Positions 8,674 through 17,676 are shown, numbered from the stretch's first letter. The stretch: 32,584 nt of DNA from Bacilli bacterium (GCA_024408305.1 JAKSVD010000001.1:1-32584), one strand, 5' to 3'. The notes: generated by a model from the sequence alone, not told the origin. A program made the numbers and translations.

Positions 8674-10288
8674 TTTCAGAAAGAAAGGCATCCTTGCTCT
8701 TCTTACAGCAGTCGCTTCAGCTGGCATGCTCGCAGCTTGCTCAGACATCGAAGCAAAGCCAATCGATGAAAAATACAACGCAGCTCTCGTTACTGGCAAC
8801 AACATCAAGAATAACGCATTAAGCGAAATCTATGATGCTCTTGTCAAAGCTGGCGATGCTAATTCATCAAAGGTCTTAAATAACATCCTCTACATCTATT
8901 CACAGTCCATCTACGGAAACTTCTGGGAAATCAACGAAGCTATCGGAAACGATGCAAAGCTCGGTGATATCGCATCAAAGTATGAAGTCTATGGCGGTGA
9001 CAAGACAAAGGTCGTCGATTTCTATAACGAAGTCATCTACCGTATCAAATCAACATTCTTGGGCTATGTCCAGGATTCAGCTTACCAGGAAAGATCACAC
9101 TTCATCGAAAAGAAGTTCTATGATGCACAGATCAAGAACTACTACGATTTAGCAAAGAGAACAACTGAAAACAAGGCTTATAACGATGATAAGAAGCTTG
9201 TTGAAGGCGGATTCCGTTTAAGCGAAACATACGTAGAGTCAGGCGACATCATCCTTGATGCTGCAGGCGATACATCAAAGAAGTCATACTTCTTCGACAT
9301 CCTCGGCACATACAAGAACTACATCGAATCAAATCTCTTATCTGATATCTACAGAAACGAGTTAACAGCTCAGTACATCTATTCTCAGAACAGAAGCCAG
9401 ATCAAGCTCACAGCTGCAAGAAAGATCGAAACAATCTCTCTTAAGGACAACGATCGTTATCCAAACGCAGTCCGTGACTTAGTCAAGGCATACTGCAAAA
9501 ACGTTGTCGCTACAGATAAGGTCGCTGATTACGACTTCAGATTCCTTGATAATATCAACAAGGGAACTATGGATAACTTCTCTGCAGAACAGGCATCAAT
9601 GGCTGCAACTATCCTCGGAGAAGCAGGCTGGACAAAGAACGGTTCATATTATGTCGAATCACAGCTCGGCACAATCATGGCTCAGTATGACAAGCTCACA
9701 GACAATCGTTTCGACGATGATACAGCAATCAGAGGCGACTTCACAAACTCAGGTGCTTACACAGTTGAAACAGGTCTTGAAATCAAGACAAATTCCTTGA
9801 AGACAAAGAGCTCAACAAACTATGGCTGGTACACTCCAGGCCAGGCAGACGGCGCTCTTCCATCATCTCTCTCAAAGAGATTATTCAAGGTCCAGGTTGC
9901 TAACGAAGTTGACCACAAGGACGATGCAGCAGTCTCCTTCAAGTATGGCTCATACATCGGTAATACATATTACCTCAACCCAGAGACATACGAAGATGGA
10001 ACAGCATATCCATATGCAGTCTACGACTCAGGCACATGGTACATCTGCAAAGTTGAAGAAGCAGTCAAGTCATCAAAGATCTCTGGCGGTGCTGATTCAT
10101 ACAACACAGACGCAGACCAGAATGCTGAAGAGAGAATCTCACGCAAGATCGGTTATATGCTCTCAAGCAACGATTCTTATAAGTCAAAAGCTCAGAAGTA
10201 TTACGTTAACGAAATGGCTATCATCTATAACGATTCCCACGTTTACCACTACTTCAAAGAGACATTCCCAGATCTCTTCAACGATTAA
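8660..10288 (+). CDS. Second large lipoprotein; distant paralog-like partner of the upstream gene, function unknown
   Basis: The ATG at 8660 follows GGGAGGAG and overlaps the upstream stop by 14 nt. Signal peptide plus lipobox: MLPSNFRKKGILALLTAVASAGMLAAC. There is a weak resemblance to the C-terminal half of a parvulin domain (NYGWYTPGQADGALPSSLSKRLF..., GTWYICKVEEAV). Confidence 0.7.
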   Translation: MLPSNFRKKGILALLTAVASAGMLAACSDIEAKPIDEKYNAALVTGNNIKNNALSEIYDALVKAGDANSSKVLNNILYIYSQSIYGNFWEINEAIGNDAKLGDIASKYEVYGGDKTKVVDFYNEVIYRIKSTFLGYVQDSAYQERSHFIEKKFYDAQIKNYYDLAKRTTENKAYNDDKKLVEGGFRLSETYVESGDIILDAAGDTSKKSYFFDILGTYKNYIESNLLSDIYRNELTAQYIYSQNRSQIKLTAARKIETISLKDNDRYPNAVRDLVKAYCKNVVATDKVADYDFRFLDNINKGTMDNFSAEQASMAATILGEAGWTKNGSYYVESQLGTIMAQYDKLTDNRFDDDTAIRGDFTNSGAYTVETGLEIKTNSLKTKSSTNYGWYTPGQADGALPSSLSKRLFKVQVANEVDHKDDAAVSFKYGSYIGNTYYLNPETYEDGTAYPYAVYDSGTWYICKVEEAVKSSKISGGADSYNTDADQNAEERISRKIGYMLSSNDSYKSKAQKYYVNEMAIIYNDSHVYHYFKETFPDLFND

Positions 10289-10302
10289 TACCAAAAGAAT
10301 TT

Positions 10303-10336
10303 AGAGGCGGTTAACACCGTCTCTTTTCTTTTCTTC
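10303..10336 (+). terminator. Rho-independent terminator after the lipoprotein pair
   Basis: Stem AGAGGCGG (10303-10310) / CCGTCTCT (10317-10324) with one G-U pair, loop TTAACA, followed by TTTCTTTTCTTC. Confidence 0.7.
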
Positions 10337-10410
10337 ACGTGTGTGCGCGTATAAATATTTAAAGGATATACAAGAAACATTGTTGTATAATGGCGGTGAG
10401 GTAAATAACT

Positions 10411-10821
10411 ATGGACGATATTTTCTGCAAAATCGCAAGAGGTGACATCCCATCTTGCAAAGTCTACGAAGACGAATACGTACTAGCCTTCCTTGATTTA
10501 GGACAGGTTACAAAGGGACACACATTAGTCATCCCAAAGAAGCATTCCACAAACATCCTTGATTGCGATGAGGAATACCTTGGACATGTCTTCAAAGCGG
10601 CTCAAAAGGTCGCAAATGCGCTCATTAAGACGTATGGGGCAACAGGCGTGAACATCTTATCAAACGCAAACGAAAGTGCTGGACAGTCAGTCTTCCACTT
10701 CCACGTCCACATCATTCCAAGATACGGAAACGACGAATATCTTGAATTAGGTTTCAAAGAGCACGACACATCCAATATGGATTTAAAAGCCATGGCGGAA
10801 GAAATCGCAAAAAACATCTAA
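10411..10821 (+). CDS. HIT (histidine triad) family nucleotide hydrolase/transferase
   Basis: 136 aa with the histidine triad HFHVHIIPR and an N-terminal IFCKIARGDIPS motif. GGTGAGG ribosome-binding site upstream. Confidence 0.92.
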   Translation: MDDIFCKIARGDIPSCKVYEDEYVLAFLDLGQVTKGHTLVIPKKHSTNILDCDEEYLGHVFKAAQKVANALIKTYGATGVNILSNANESAGQSVFHFHVHIIPRYGNDEYLELGFKEHDTSNMDLKAMAEEIAKNI

Positions 10822-10827
10822 AGAAAA

Positions 10828-10852
10828 GCCATCCTTCGGGATGGCATTTTTT
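10828..10852. terminator. Bidirectional rho-independent terminator shared by the HIT gene and yhaM
   Basis: Perfect stem GCCATCC (10828-10834) / GGATGGC (10839-10845) with loop TTCG. It is flanked by an A-rich run on the left and TTTTTT on the right, so either strand gets a U-tract. Confidence 0.8.
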
Positions 10853-11795
10853 ATTTGTCCTGGTTATATAGAGGATTATAGAAATATCTATCATCCATCG
10901 TCATGAGCTTGGAGGTGAATTCTCCAGGTTTAGTTGTGGCGTATGCTTTATCTAAGATATTCATCTTAGCATCGAGATCATCAACCATTGCCATGACTAG
11001 TGCTTCTCTTGTAAGAGGCATAATTGGTGAACCAAAGTCAGGTTTTGAATGGTGGGAGATCATCATATGCTCAAGGATGACTGCAATCTCACCAGTGACT
11101 CCTACGGCGTGGCAAGCTTCTCTTACTTCAGCCTGGCCAATTGAAATATGGCCAAGTAATTTGCCTTCAAGGGTGAATTTTGTTGCAACAGGTCCCGATA
11201 ATTCAATGACTTTACCAAGGTCATGAATTAAGCATGTTCCGATAACAACATCACGATTGATTTGAGGGTAAATCTTGCAAATTGCCTCTGCGGTATCCGC
11301 CATGCAGAGAGAATGATACATGAGGCCTGAGACGAAATTATGATGATTTCTAACCGCAGCTGGCCAATCAATATATTCCTTATAATGTTTATCAATTAAA
11401 TATGAAACTACTTTTGCAACCTCTTCGTTTTTTAAAGATGAGAGGTATTTGTTGAGTTTTTCAAGCAATTCATCCCTTGGGACTGGAGCAGATGGCACGA
11501 GCTTATTAACATCCATCTCGTCTTGGGAGAGTTTTCTTCCATCAAGCACTTTAAGTTGGAGATTGTCGCGGTATCTGATTACCTCGACTTTTGTTTCAAC
11601 AACAGAACCAATTGCATAGATTTCACAATCTTCTTCTGTGTAATCCCATTTCTTGCCATCGATCTGACCTGTAGTGTCCTGGAAGGTTATGGTCATATAT
11701 GGCTTGCCAACATTTGTCATGCCCCTATTTACATTGATGACTAGTAATTGAGTGGTAACCTGAGTGTTTTCCTGAAACTGTGCGATGCTTTCCAT
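10851..11795 (-). CDS. yhaM: 3'-5' exoribonuclease YhaM (OB-fold plus HD domain)
   Basis: The N-terminus looks like an OB fold (GKPYMTITFQDTTGQIDGKKWD). HD-domain motifs are MYHSLCMA and CLIHDLGK. I prefer the ATG at 11793-11795 (MESIAQF...), which overlaps the recX stop as TAATG with GGAGGAAC upstream. The longer track ORF (to 11855) would overlap recX by 60 nt. Confidence 0.85.
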   Translation of the reverse strand: MESIAQFQENTQVTTQLLVINVNRGMTNVGKPYMTITFQDTTGQIDGKKWDYTEEDCEIYAIGSVVETKVEVIRYRDNLQLKVLDGRKLSQDEMDVNKLVPSAPVPRDELLEKLNKYLSSLKNEEVAKVVSYLIDKHYKEYIDWPAAVRNHHNFVSGLMYHSLCMADTAEAICKIYPQINRDVVIGTCLIHDLGKVIELSGPVATKFTLEGKLLGHISIGQAEVREACHAVGVTGEIAVILEHMMISHHSKPDFGSPIMPLTREALVMAMVDDLDAKMNILDKAYATTKPGEFTSKLMTMDDRYFYNPLYNQDK

Positions 11796-12571
11796 TATTG
11801 TTCCTCCAATGCGCGATATATATCTTTCATCGAATACCCCTTCCTTAGAAGGCATTCGATTGTCTTTCTTTTTGCTTCCTTATCATTATACTTCGTTTTG
11901 TAACGTTTTAGTGTTGAAGCAGCGGTTTTGCTAAGATAATCTTCTTCCTTATCTTTGTTTCTCGTCAATTCGCCAAGCGCTTCATTAATAACCCACTCAT
12001 CAAATCCACGTCTCCTTAAGGCGCCGGACATCTTTCTACGCTTTTCCGAATAAGAGTATTTGTCGTATTTCTTCTGATACGCACACACGAATGCACGCGC
12101 GTGTTCTTCTTCATTCGTGAACCGAAGAGTGGATAAGATATCATCCGATATTCCTTTTTCGTAACGGAGTGTGTCAAGGATTCTGTTTTTTCCATAGCAG
12201 CACCCTTCTTTTTCTTCCTTATATTGATGAGCATATTCCTCGTCATTGAGGAATCCTTCTTTCTTAAGGCGACCTATAACGGCTTTATAACACTCTTCTC
12301 CGTCTTCTTTCTCCTTAAGTTTATCTCTGACTTCTTTTGTGGAATATGAGAGTTTCATTGCAAGTCTCAATCCATATTTATATAGGGAATCCACTTTAAT
12401 CTCTGACTTTATCTTTAGAAGTTCAGCTCTTGGGATTTCTTTTCCTTCATATAGATAGAAATTAGTGAAGGTAGACTTCGACATGGTTAAGGTCTCAGTT
12501 CCCGCTTCGATTTGGATAGTTCCGTTCTTGTTGAATTTAATTTTGGTGATAGTCCTTGTATCGTACGCCAT
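11795..12571 (-). CDS. recX: RecX-family regulatory protein
   Basis: Repeated three-helix RecX-like segments (EVRDKLKEKE...VIGRLKKEGFLNDEEYA; ILDTLRYEKGISDDIL; ALRRRGFDEWVINEAL; LLRKGYSMKDIYRAL). I prefer the ATG at 12569-12571 (MAYDTR...), preceded by GGAAAGGAAA. The track start at 12586 is a GTG with no spacing to a ribosome-binding site. Confidence 0.75.
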   Translation of the reverse strand: MAYDTRTITKIKFNKNGTIQIEAGTETLTMSKSTFTNFYLYEGKEIPRAELLKIKSEIKVDSLYKYGLRLAMKLSYSTKEVRDKLKEKEDGEECYKAVIGRLKKEGFLNDEEYAHQYKEEKEGCCYGKNRILDTLRYEKGISDDILSTLRFTNEEEHARAFVCAYQKKYDKYSYSEKRRKMSGALRRRGFDEWVINEALGELTRNKDKEEDYLSKTAASTLKRYKTKYNDKEAKRKTIECLLRKGYSMKDIYRALEEQ

Positions 12572-12597
12572 ACGTTTCCTTTCCACTTCCCCAAAAA

Positions 12598-14037
12598 TTA
12601 ATCGTCTCCGAGATCATCGACCGTTAACTCACGCGATGGTTTTTTCATCTTCTGTGGTAAAGGGCCTAAGAAATCGTCGCCTGTATCGATTGCCCAGGTT
12701 CCAAGTTTTGGTCCTGAACCACCTCTAATGAATTCGCGTACTTCCTTACGAGATAATTGTTTTGTCTCATACATCGTATCAGAGGACGTCCTTCTCTCGT
12801 CGTAAGTCGAGAGCTGAAGATCAACGAATGTCTGGCGATTGGCATACTTGAAGTTGTCTTCAACATTAGAGTGATATAAAGCCGACACTAAGCCGGAGAT
12901 GAGCAAGACGATATGATATGTTGAGAATCTCCAAATAATCTGGGCAGCCATAACATTGGCAGAGGCCGATCTAACAACTGTAAGACCAACATCCGTGAAC
13001 GAGATAGTCTCAACATAAAGGCTATTGAACATAGCAGTAAAGATAAGTTCAGAAACGCCAGCGTTACCGGGTAATGGAACTAAGCTAGCGGACATTTGTT
13101 GGAATGCTGATCGGAAACAGAAGTCGAACATATCCCTGATATTGAAGGTATATCCATAACCGAACGAATTAAGGGCGAGTCCAGAGAAATAAGGAATTGA
13201 ATACTGAAGGGTCAAGACCACAAAGAAGAGAATGAGGATGAGGACTGTGACAGGGATATTGGACTGAAGACGTCTTAACTCGATCTTGAAATTCTCTACC
13301 TGGACACGAAGATTCTCTCTGGTTCTATCTGGGTTTTTGATTAATTTAAGTTTTGCACCGATTCCGATGCCGTAATGCATAACGAAATTGTGGATATGCC
13401 TTGAATAACTCATAGTAAACAAGAGCATGATGACAAAGAGGTTGAATGCAAAGCCTGCAATAATCAAAGGCAACATTGGAAGTTCACCATTCCAGCCTCC
13501 AATTGAGAAACCAGGGATGGTAATGGATTTAATAGACATGATCGTATTCCACTCAAAAGCAAGAGCGAGGACGTCATAGATAATTAACGAGAACTGATAC
13601 AAGATGAACCACATAACCATGATTGATGCAGCATTTGAAATCTCAATTCCCTGCTTCTTCATGGTGTAAACCTGCATGACTTGTCCGCCTGTTGCTCCAG
13701 GTGTAACGTTGTTATAGAAGGTTCCGATAAGAGCGTTAGCCACACCCTGATGGAGATGATAGTGCCTTGTGTAGAGTCTTCCAAAGACCAAAATGATGAT
13801 TCCTTGGAACACATACATGGCAATAAGCACAGCGACAATAACAAATAAATACGCCTTATCCGTACCGACAATAGCTTCAACAATAGTCCTAAAACCCGCT
13901 GCAATATGTCCATCACCAGCGGAATAGAACGAGAAGAGCAATGAGAAAAGGGTCAAACCCAATACAAGTGCAAAATATAGAACGTACTTTCTGTTTGATT
14001 TCTTTTTCTTAGGTTTTGCAACTTGAATTCTAGACAT
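12598..14037 (-). CDS. Polytopic membrane protein, flippase-like / lysyl-phosphatidylglycerol synthase TM-region family (UPF0104), with a charged C-terminal tail
   Basis: 479 aa with many hydrophobic helices, a basic N-terminus (KPKKKKSNRK) and a motif NVTPGATGGQVMQVYTMKKQGI that resembles the conserved P-x-GG loop of the MprF flippase domain. There is no ribosome-binding site upstream (see the promoter feature). Confidence 0.6.
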   Translation of the reverse strand: MSRIQVAKPKKKKSNRKYVLYFALVLGLTLFSLLFSFYSAGDGHIAAGFRTIVEAIVGTDKAYLFVIVAVLIAMYVFQGIIILVFGRLYTRHYHLHQGVANALIGTFYNNVTPGATGGQVMQVYTMKKQGIEISNAASIMVMWFILYQFSLIIYDVLALAFEWNTIMSIKSITIPGFSIGGWNGELPMLPLIIAGFAFNLFVIMLLFTMSYSRHIHNFVMHYGIGIGAKLKLIKNPDRTRENLRVQVENFKIELRRLQSNIPVTVLILILFFVVLTLQYSIPYFSGLALNSFGYGYTFNIRDMFDFCFRSAFQQMSASLVPLPGNAGVSELIFTAMFNSLYVETISFTDVGLTVVRSASANVMAAQIIWRFSTYHIVLLISGLVSALYHSNVEDNFKYANRQTFVDLQLSTYDERRTSSDTMYETKQLSRKEVREFIRGGSGPKLGTWAIDTGDDFLGPLPQKMKKPSRELTVDDLGDD

Positions 14038-14043
14038 ACTAAC

Positions 14044-14052
14044 ATTCTATCA
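14044..14052 (-). promoter_or_regulatory. Extended -10 element (TGATAGAAT) placed 6 nt from the start codon; candidate leaderless promoter
   Basis: Minus strand reads TTTTGATAGAAT-GTTAGT-ATG, with no Shine-Dalgarno sequence. An 8-bp inverted repeat, TAACATTC (14040-14047) / GAATGTTA (14058-14065), overlaps it. Confidence 0.45.
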
Positions 14053-14265
14053 AAATTGAATGTTATTAGTGTTAAATTTTTCAAGATTTTTTAAACTGTT
14101 TTCTACATGTTGCGATAAACACACAAAATACGCTCCAAAACACCTAAAATATTCGCGAAAACAATATAAATTCACAAGAAATAGCGTATTTTTCCAAAAT
14201 ATGTTAGTTTTCACTTTATTTTTCAAAGAAAAATGCAAAAATAATAGCAAGGGGAAGTAAATATT

Positions 14266-15510
14266 ATGGACAAAAAGAAAAACAAATATCCTGCAAAGTC
14301 TGTTTTCATGGCCGGTATTGTCACTTTCGCAATTGGTGTTGTCGCTCTCATCGCTTCAACATTCACATTGTTTAATGGCACAACTAACCTTGTCTTCGAT
14401 TCATTTGCAAAAATCTTTGGCGTTATCGGTGGAGCATTCACTGCTAACGCATCAGTTTTAGGCGGTGCTAAATCAACACTTGCCGCAATCGCTGTCGCCT
14501 TCGTTGGATTCGTGGTCGAGATGTTCTTCGTCATCGACTTCGCAGTCGCAAAGAAGAAAAGAGCAACAGTAGCTGCAGTTCTTGCAACACTCGGATGGTT
14601 ATTCATCTGCTTAATGTTAGAGTGCTTCTTACTTGCTAGAGAAGCTAATTCGCTAAGAATCCGCTATGTCGGTGCTATTGGTATCATTGGCATCTTGCTC
14701 GCATTATCATTATTTGCATTAACAATCTTCATGATCGTTTCCTACATGGACAAGGTCAACGAAGAAGCTGCACAGATTAAGGCAGAAAACGAACCAGTTG
14801 CTGATCCAGCAGACACTCAGGAACCTACCACAACAGAAGTTACTCCAGAACCAGAGCCTGAAGAAGATGATTCAGACCTCATGACTGGCGAAGAACTTCG
14901 TATGATGATCAAGGAAGAAATCGAAATCGTCCTTGCTAACAGAGAAGAAAAAGACGAATCTGTCACTGAAAAACAGGTCAGAGAAATCGTTGAAGAAATG
15001 CTCAAAGACTATCAGCCAGTTGCTCCAGTTGACGAAGATGTCGAACAGGACGACGAAGAAGAAGGCGAAGAAACAGTTGAAGTCGTTGCTGAAAACGGTG
15101 CTGCAGAAATCGTTAAGAAGCCAAGAAAGAAACGTACAAAATTCGAATCAAAACTCAAGAGATTGGATAAGGATCTCCGCCACAAATACTATGACCTCCG
15201 CGACTACATCAAGTCATACGGAATCAACAACAGAGTCTCTATTCCAGGCGACACATTCTCACTCCACCGTGAGCGTTATGCATTCATCACAATCGCAGGT
15301 ACAAAGATTAAGATTTGGCTTGCACTTGACCCAGCCAAGTATGCAGATTCACCAATTCCAGTTGAACCAGCTAAGACAAAGAAATTTGAGGACCTCCCAT
15401 CAGTCTTCAAGGTCAAGAGTGACCTCTCCTTCAGAAGAGCTAAAAAGCTCATCGACGATGTAATGGCAGCTAAGGGCATTGAAAAGCCAGCTGAACCAGA
15501 AGCAAAGTAA
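14266..15510 (+). CDS. Hypothetical membrane protein: N-terminal TM bundle, acidic/proline-rich linker, basic C-terminal globular domain
   Basis: 414 aa with ribosome-binding site AAGGGGAAG. About 5 hydrophobic helices lie in residues 10-160. The low-complexity linker reads EPVADPADTQEPTTTEVTPEPEPEEDDSD...VEQDDEEEGEE. The C-terminal ~130 aa are lysine/arginine-rich (KKPRKKRTKFESKLKRL...AFITIAGTKIKIWLALDP...). I recognise no family. Confidence 0.7.
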   Translation: MDKKKNKYPAKSVFMAGIVTFAIGVVALIASTFTLFNGTTNLVFDSFAKIFGVIGGAFTANASVLGGAKSTLAAIAVAFVGFVVEMFFVIDFAVAKKKRATVAAVLATLGWLFICLMLECFLLAREANSLRIRYVGAIGIIGILLALSLFALTIFMIVSYMDKVNEEAAQIKAENEPVADPADTQEPTTTEVTPEPEPEEDDSDLMTGEELRMMIKEEIEIVLANREEKDESVTEKQVREIVEEMLKDYQPVAPVDEDVEQDDEEEGEETVEVVAENGAAEIVKKPRKKRTKFESKLKRLDKDLRHKYYDLRDYIKSYGINNRVSIPGDTFSLHRERYAFITIAGTKIKIWLALDPAKYADSPIPVEPAKTKKFEDLPSVFKVKSDLSFRRAKKLIDDVMAAKGIEKPAEPEAK

Positions 15511-15522
15511 TTAATAATGACT

Positions 15523-15555
15523 AGCCACAGATGAACATTCTGTGGCTTTTCTTTT
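15523..15555 (+). terminator. Rho-independent terminator after the 414-aa membrane protein gene
   Basis: Perfect stem AGCCACAG (15523-15530) / CTGTGGCT (15540-15547) with a 9-nt loop, followed by TTTCTTTT. Confidence 0.8.
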
Positions 15556-15630
15556 CCATAAAAGCGTATTCATAACATATTCATAGAATATAAAAATTAA
15601 ATGCCTATAATGTGGGCGGAGGTAAAACTC

Positions 15631-16884
15631 ATGCACGATATTGAACATATATTGCACTTCGTAACAGAGCTCGGGAGGAGAATGCTTATCTCCGGCGCTA
15701 ACATCGAACGTGTCGAAATGACAATCCAAACCATCTGCCACGCATACGGCTTACACAATGTAAATAACCAGACTATGACCACTTCCATCTTCGTTGGAGC
15801 AACCGATCAGGATGGCATCTATCGCGATAGACGTGTGGCTGTTCCAGCATGCGGAATCGATTTAGAGAGACTTAGAAAATTAAATTCATTTGCCTACAAG
15901 GTCAAAGAGGAATTACCAAACCCAGCAAATTTAAGAGAGATGCTTGATGCTGAGGATAACACAAAGGTGTATCCAATTTGGGTAACACTTATCGCGCAGA
16001 TTATTGCAATGATCGCTCTCGGAAGATTGTTCGGCGGCACATGGCAGGATTTAATCACAATAGGAGTCATCTCATCAGGATTATTCTTTGCTATGAGATT
16101 GATGACCAGGATTCACATCACAAAAATCATCGCAAATTTCATTGCAATGTTCCTTGCGGGATTGATAGCCTTAGGCGCATTCCGCCTAGGATTTACACAG
16201 CATATATTTGTTGTCCTCATCACCTTGGCCTTCTTCCTCGTACCTGGAATTCAAATGGTCAACGCTGCTAGGAACTTACTTTGCGGCAATGAGATGAACG
16301 GCATTATCGAAATGCTCAAGATTGCTCTTGAAATATTGACCATTACAGCAGGCCTTGCTGCCGCATTCTTCTTCCTTGGAAGCACAACACTAGGCGACAT
16401 TAGGGAAGTCGGACTCCCTGCAACATCATGGCCTTTGAGGATTGAAATCGTCTTTATCTCCCTTTTGGCCTCAGCAGGATTCGGAGTAACGTTCAACATC
16501 AAGCCAAAAGAGCTTGTTTTCGCCGGTTTGGGAGGCGCGCTCATAAGAATCGTGTATCTTTCCCTCATGGCAATTACAGCCTATAGAATCGTCTTTATTA
16601 CGATTGCCGCATTCTCTGCAGCATTATTCGCCGAAATCCTCGCAATAAGAAAAAAGACCCCATCAACAATCTTCTTATATCCGGCAATTATCCCACTTAT
16701 CCCCGGAGACTTATTTGCATTCACGATGTTTGGATTCGTATGGAACAATGGCGAGCTTCTAGCATCTGGTGGTGAGCTAGCATTATCGTTGATTGGAATA
16801 TCAATCGGATTCGTCGTTTGTTCGTCCCTCTCCCACTTCTTGAGAAAAGGAAAACTCAAAAAACTTATCCAATTCGGAAAGTAA
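15631..16884 (+). CDS. Threonine/serine exporter (ThrE) family membrane protein, fused YjjP-like plus YjjB-like halves
   Basis: The N-terminal motif LHFVTELGRRMLISGANIERVEMTI is typical of ThrE/DUF1212 and is followed by about 10 TM helices. I prefer the ATG at 15631, preceded by GGAGG (15618-15622). Confidence 0.75.
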   Translation: MHDIEHILHFVTELGRRMLISGANIERVEMTIQTICHAYGLHNVNNQTMTTSIFVGATDQDGIYRDRRVAVPACGIDLERLRKLNSFAYKVKEELPNPANLREMLDAEDNTKVYPIWVTLIAQIIAMIALGRLFGGTWQDLITIGVISSGLFFAMRLMTRIHITKIIANFIAMFLAGLIALGAFRLGFTQHIFVVLITLAFFLVPGIQMVNAARNLLCGNEMNGIIEMLKIALEILTITAGLAAAFFFLGSTTLGDIREVGLPATSWPLRIEIVFISLLASAGFGVTFNIKPKELVFAGLGGALIRIVYLSLMAITAYRIVFITIAAFSAALFAEILAIRKKTPSTIFLYPAIIPLIPGDLFAFTMFGFVWNNGELLASGGELALSLIGISIGFVVCSSLSHFLRKGKLKKLIQFGK

Positions 16885-17670
16885 TTAAAAACCCATAGAG
16901 ACAAGTTCTTCACAAAGCATTGAATAGAAGTGATAGATCTTGTCTTTTTTCTTTGAGGATGTCATGTAGTCCATGATCTCCGAATGGGAAATGGAGGCGT
17001 CCCCTATCGCTTCCCCACGGTATACCCCAAAGATTGCAGAATCCTGAGGAACCATGCCATCTGATGGTATCTTCTTTTCGAAATAGTGTGAGAAGGCTAA
17101 AGGTATGCTCATCCAGAAATCATCCTTGCACTTCTTCATCGTGCAGGAATAAGACTGGCAATAGATTTTATCTGAGAAGTTAAGAAGTTCTTTTTCGGAC
17201 ACTTCTCTCCTTTCTAATTCTCGACATACTTCTAAAGCGTTTGGATGTTTATCTCCAAATATTCTATAGAATGTGTTCACAAAGAAAGCGATTATTGCAA
17301 GAATCCATTTAGGCAACCTCAATACATTCGAGGCAATTGGGGAACCTCTATGTGGCGTGCACAAAGTGGTGAGACTAGCAACATGATCCTCCATACCCAA
17401 TTCTTTTATCATGTATTTAGCATCCAATCCGCCCTTGGAGTGGGCAATGATATTGACTTTATCAACGCCTTCCTCTTCCATAATATGAAGGATTTTCTCT
17501 TTTATCTGCATTCCATTTGTTTTTGATGTGCCAAACGCATCATGATTGCTTATGTACACATGGTAACCTTGGATTTTAAGGATTCTATCAATGTAACCGA
17601 ACGCTCGAAAGAAACGGATGTCTTTCACCGCGATGCCATGAACAAGGATAATCGGATACTTAGTTTGCAT
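16885..17670 (-). CDS. Alpha/beta-hydrolase, lipase/esterase-like
   Basis: YPIILVHGI oxyanion-region motif and nucleophile elbow AHSKGG. I prefer the ATG at 17668-17670 (MQTKYP...); the track start at 17676 is a TTG. There is no ribosome-binding site upstream. Confidence 0.75.
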   Translation of the reverse strand: MQTKYPIILVHGIAVKDIRFFRAFGYIDRILKIQGYHVYISNHDAFGTSKTNGMQIKEKILHIMEEEGVDKVNIIAHSKGGLDAKYMIKELGMEDHVASLTTLCTPHRGSPIASNVLRLPKWILAIIAFFVNTFYRIFGDKHPNALEVCRELERREVSEKELLNFSDKIYCQSYSCTMKKCKDDFWMSIPLAFSHYFEKKIPSDGMVPQDSAIFGVYRGEAIGDASISHSEIMDYMTSSKKKDKIYHFYSMLCEELVSMGF

Positions 17671-17676
17671 GTTCAA

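Noticed and set aside
7196-10304. Several alternative-frame plus-strand ORFs inside the lipoprotein genes (7196..7411, 7559..7789, 8144..8437, 8952..9152, 9504..9800, 9822..10304). The same pattern occurs at 14933..15463 inside the 414-aa membrane protein gene.
   Set aside because: Their translations are low-complexity and rich in S, T, Q and R, with no ribosome-binding sites. They sit in the +1/+2 frames of strongly codon-biased genes, where stop codons are simply rare. They are by-products of codon bias, not overlapping genes.
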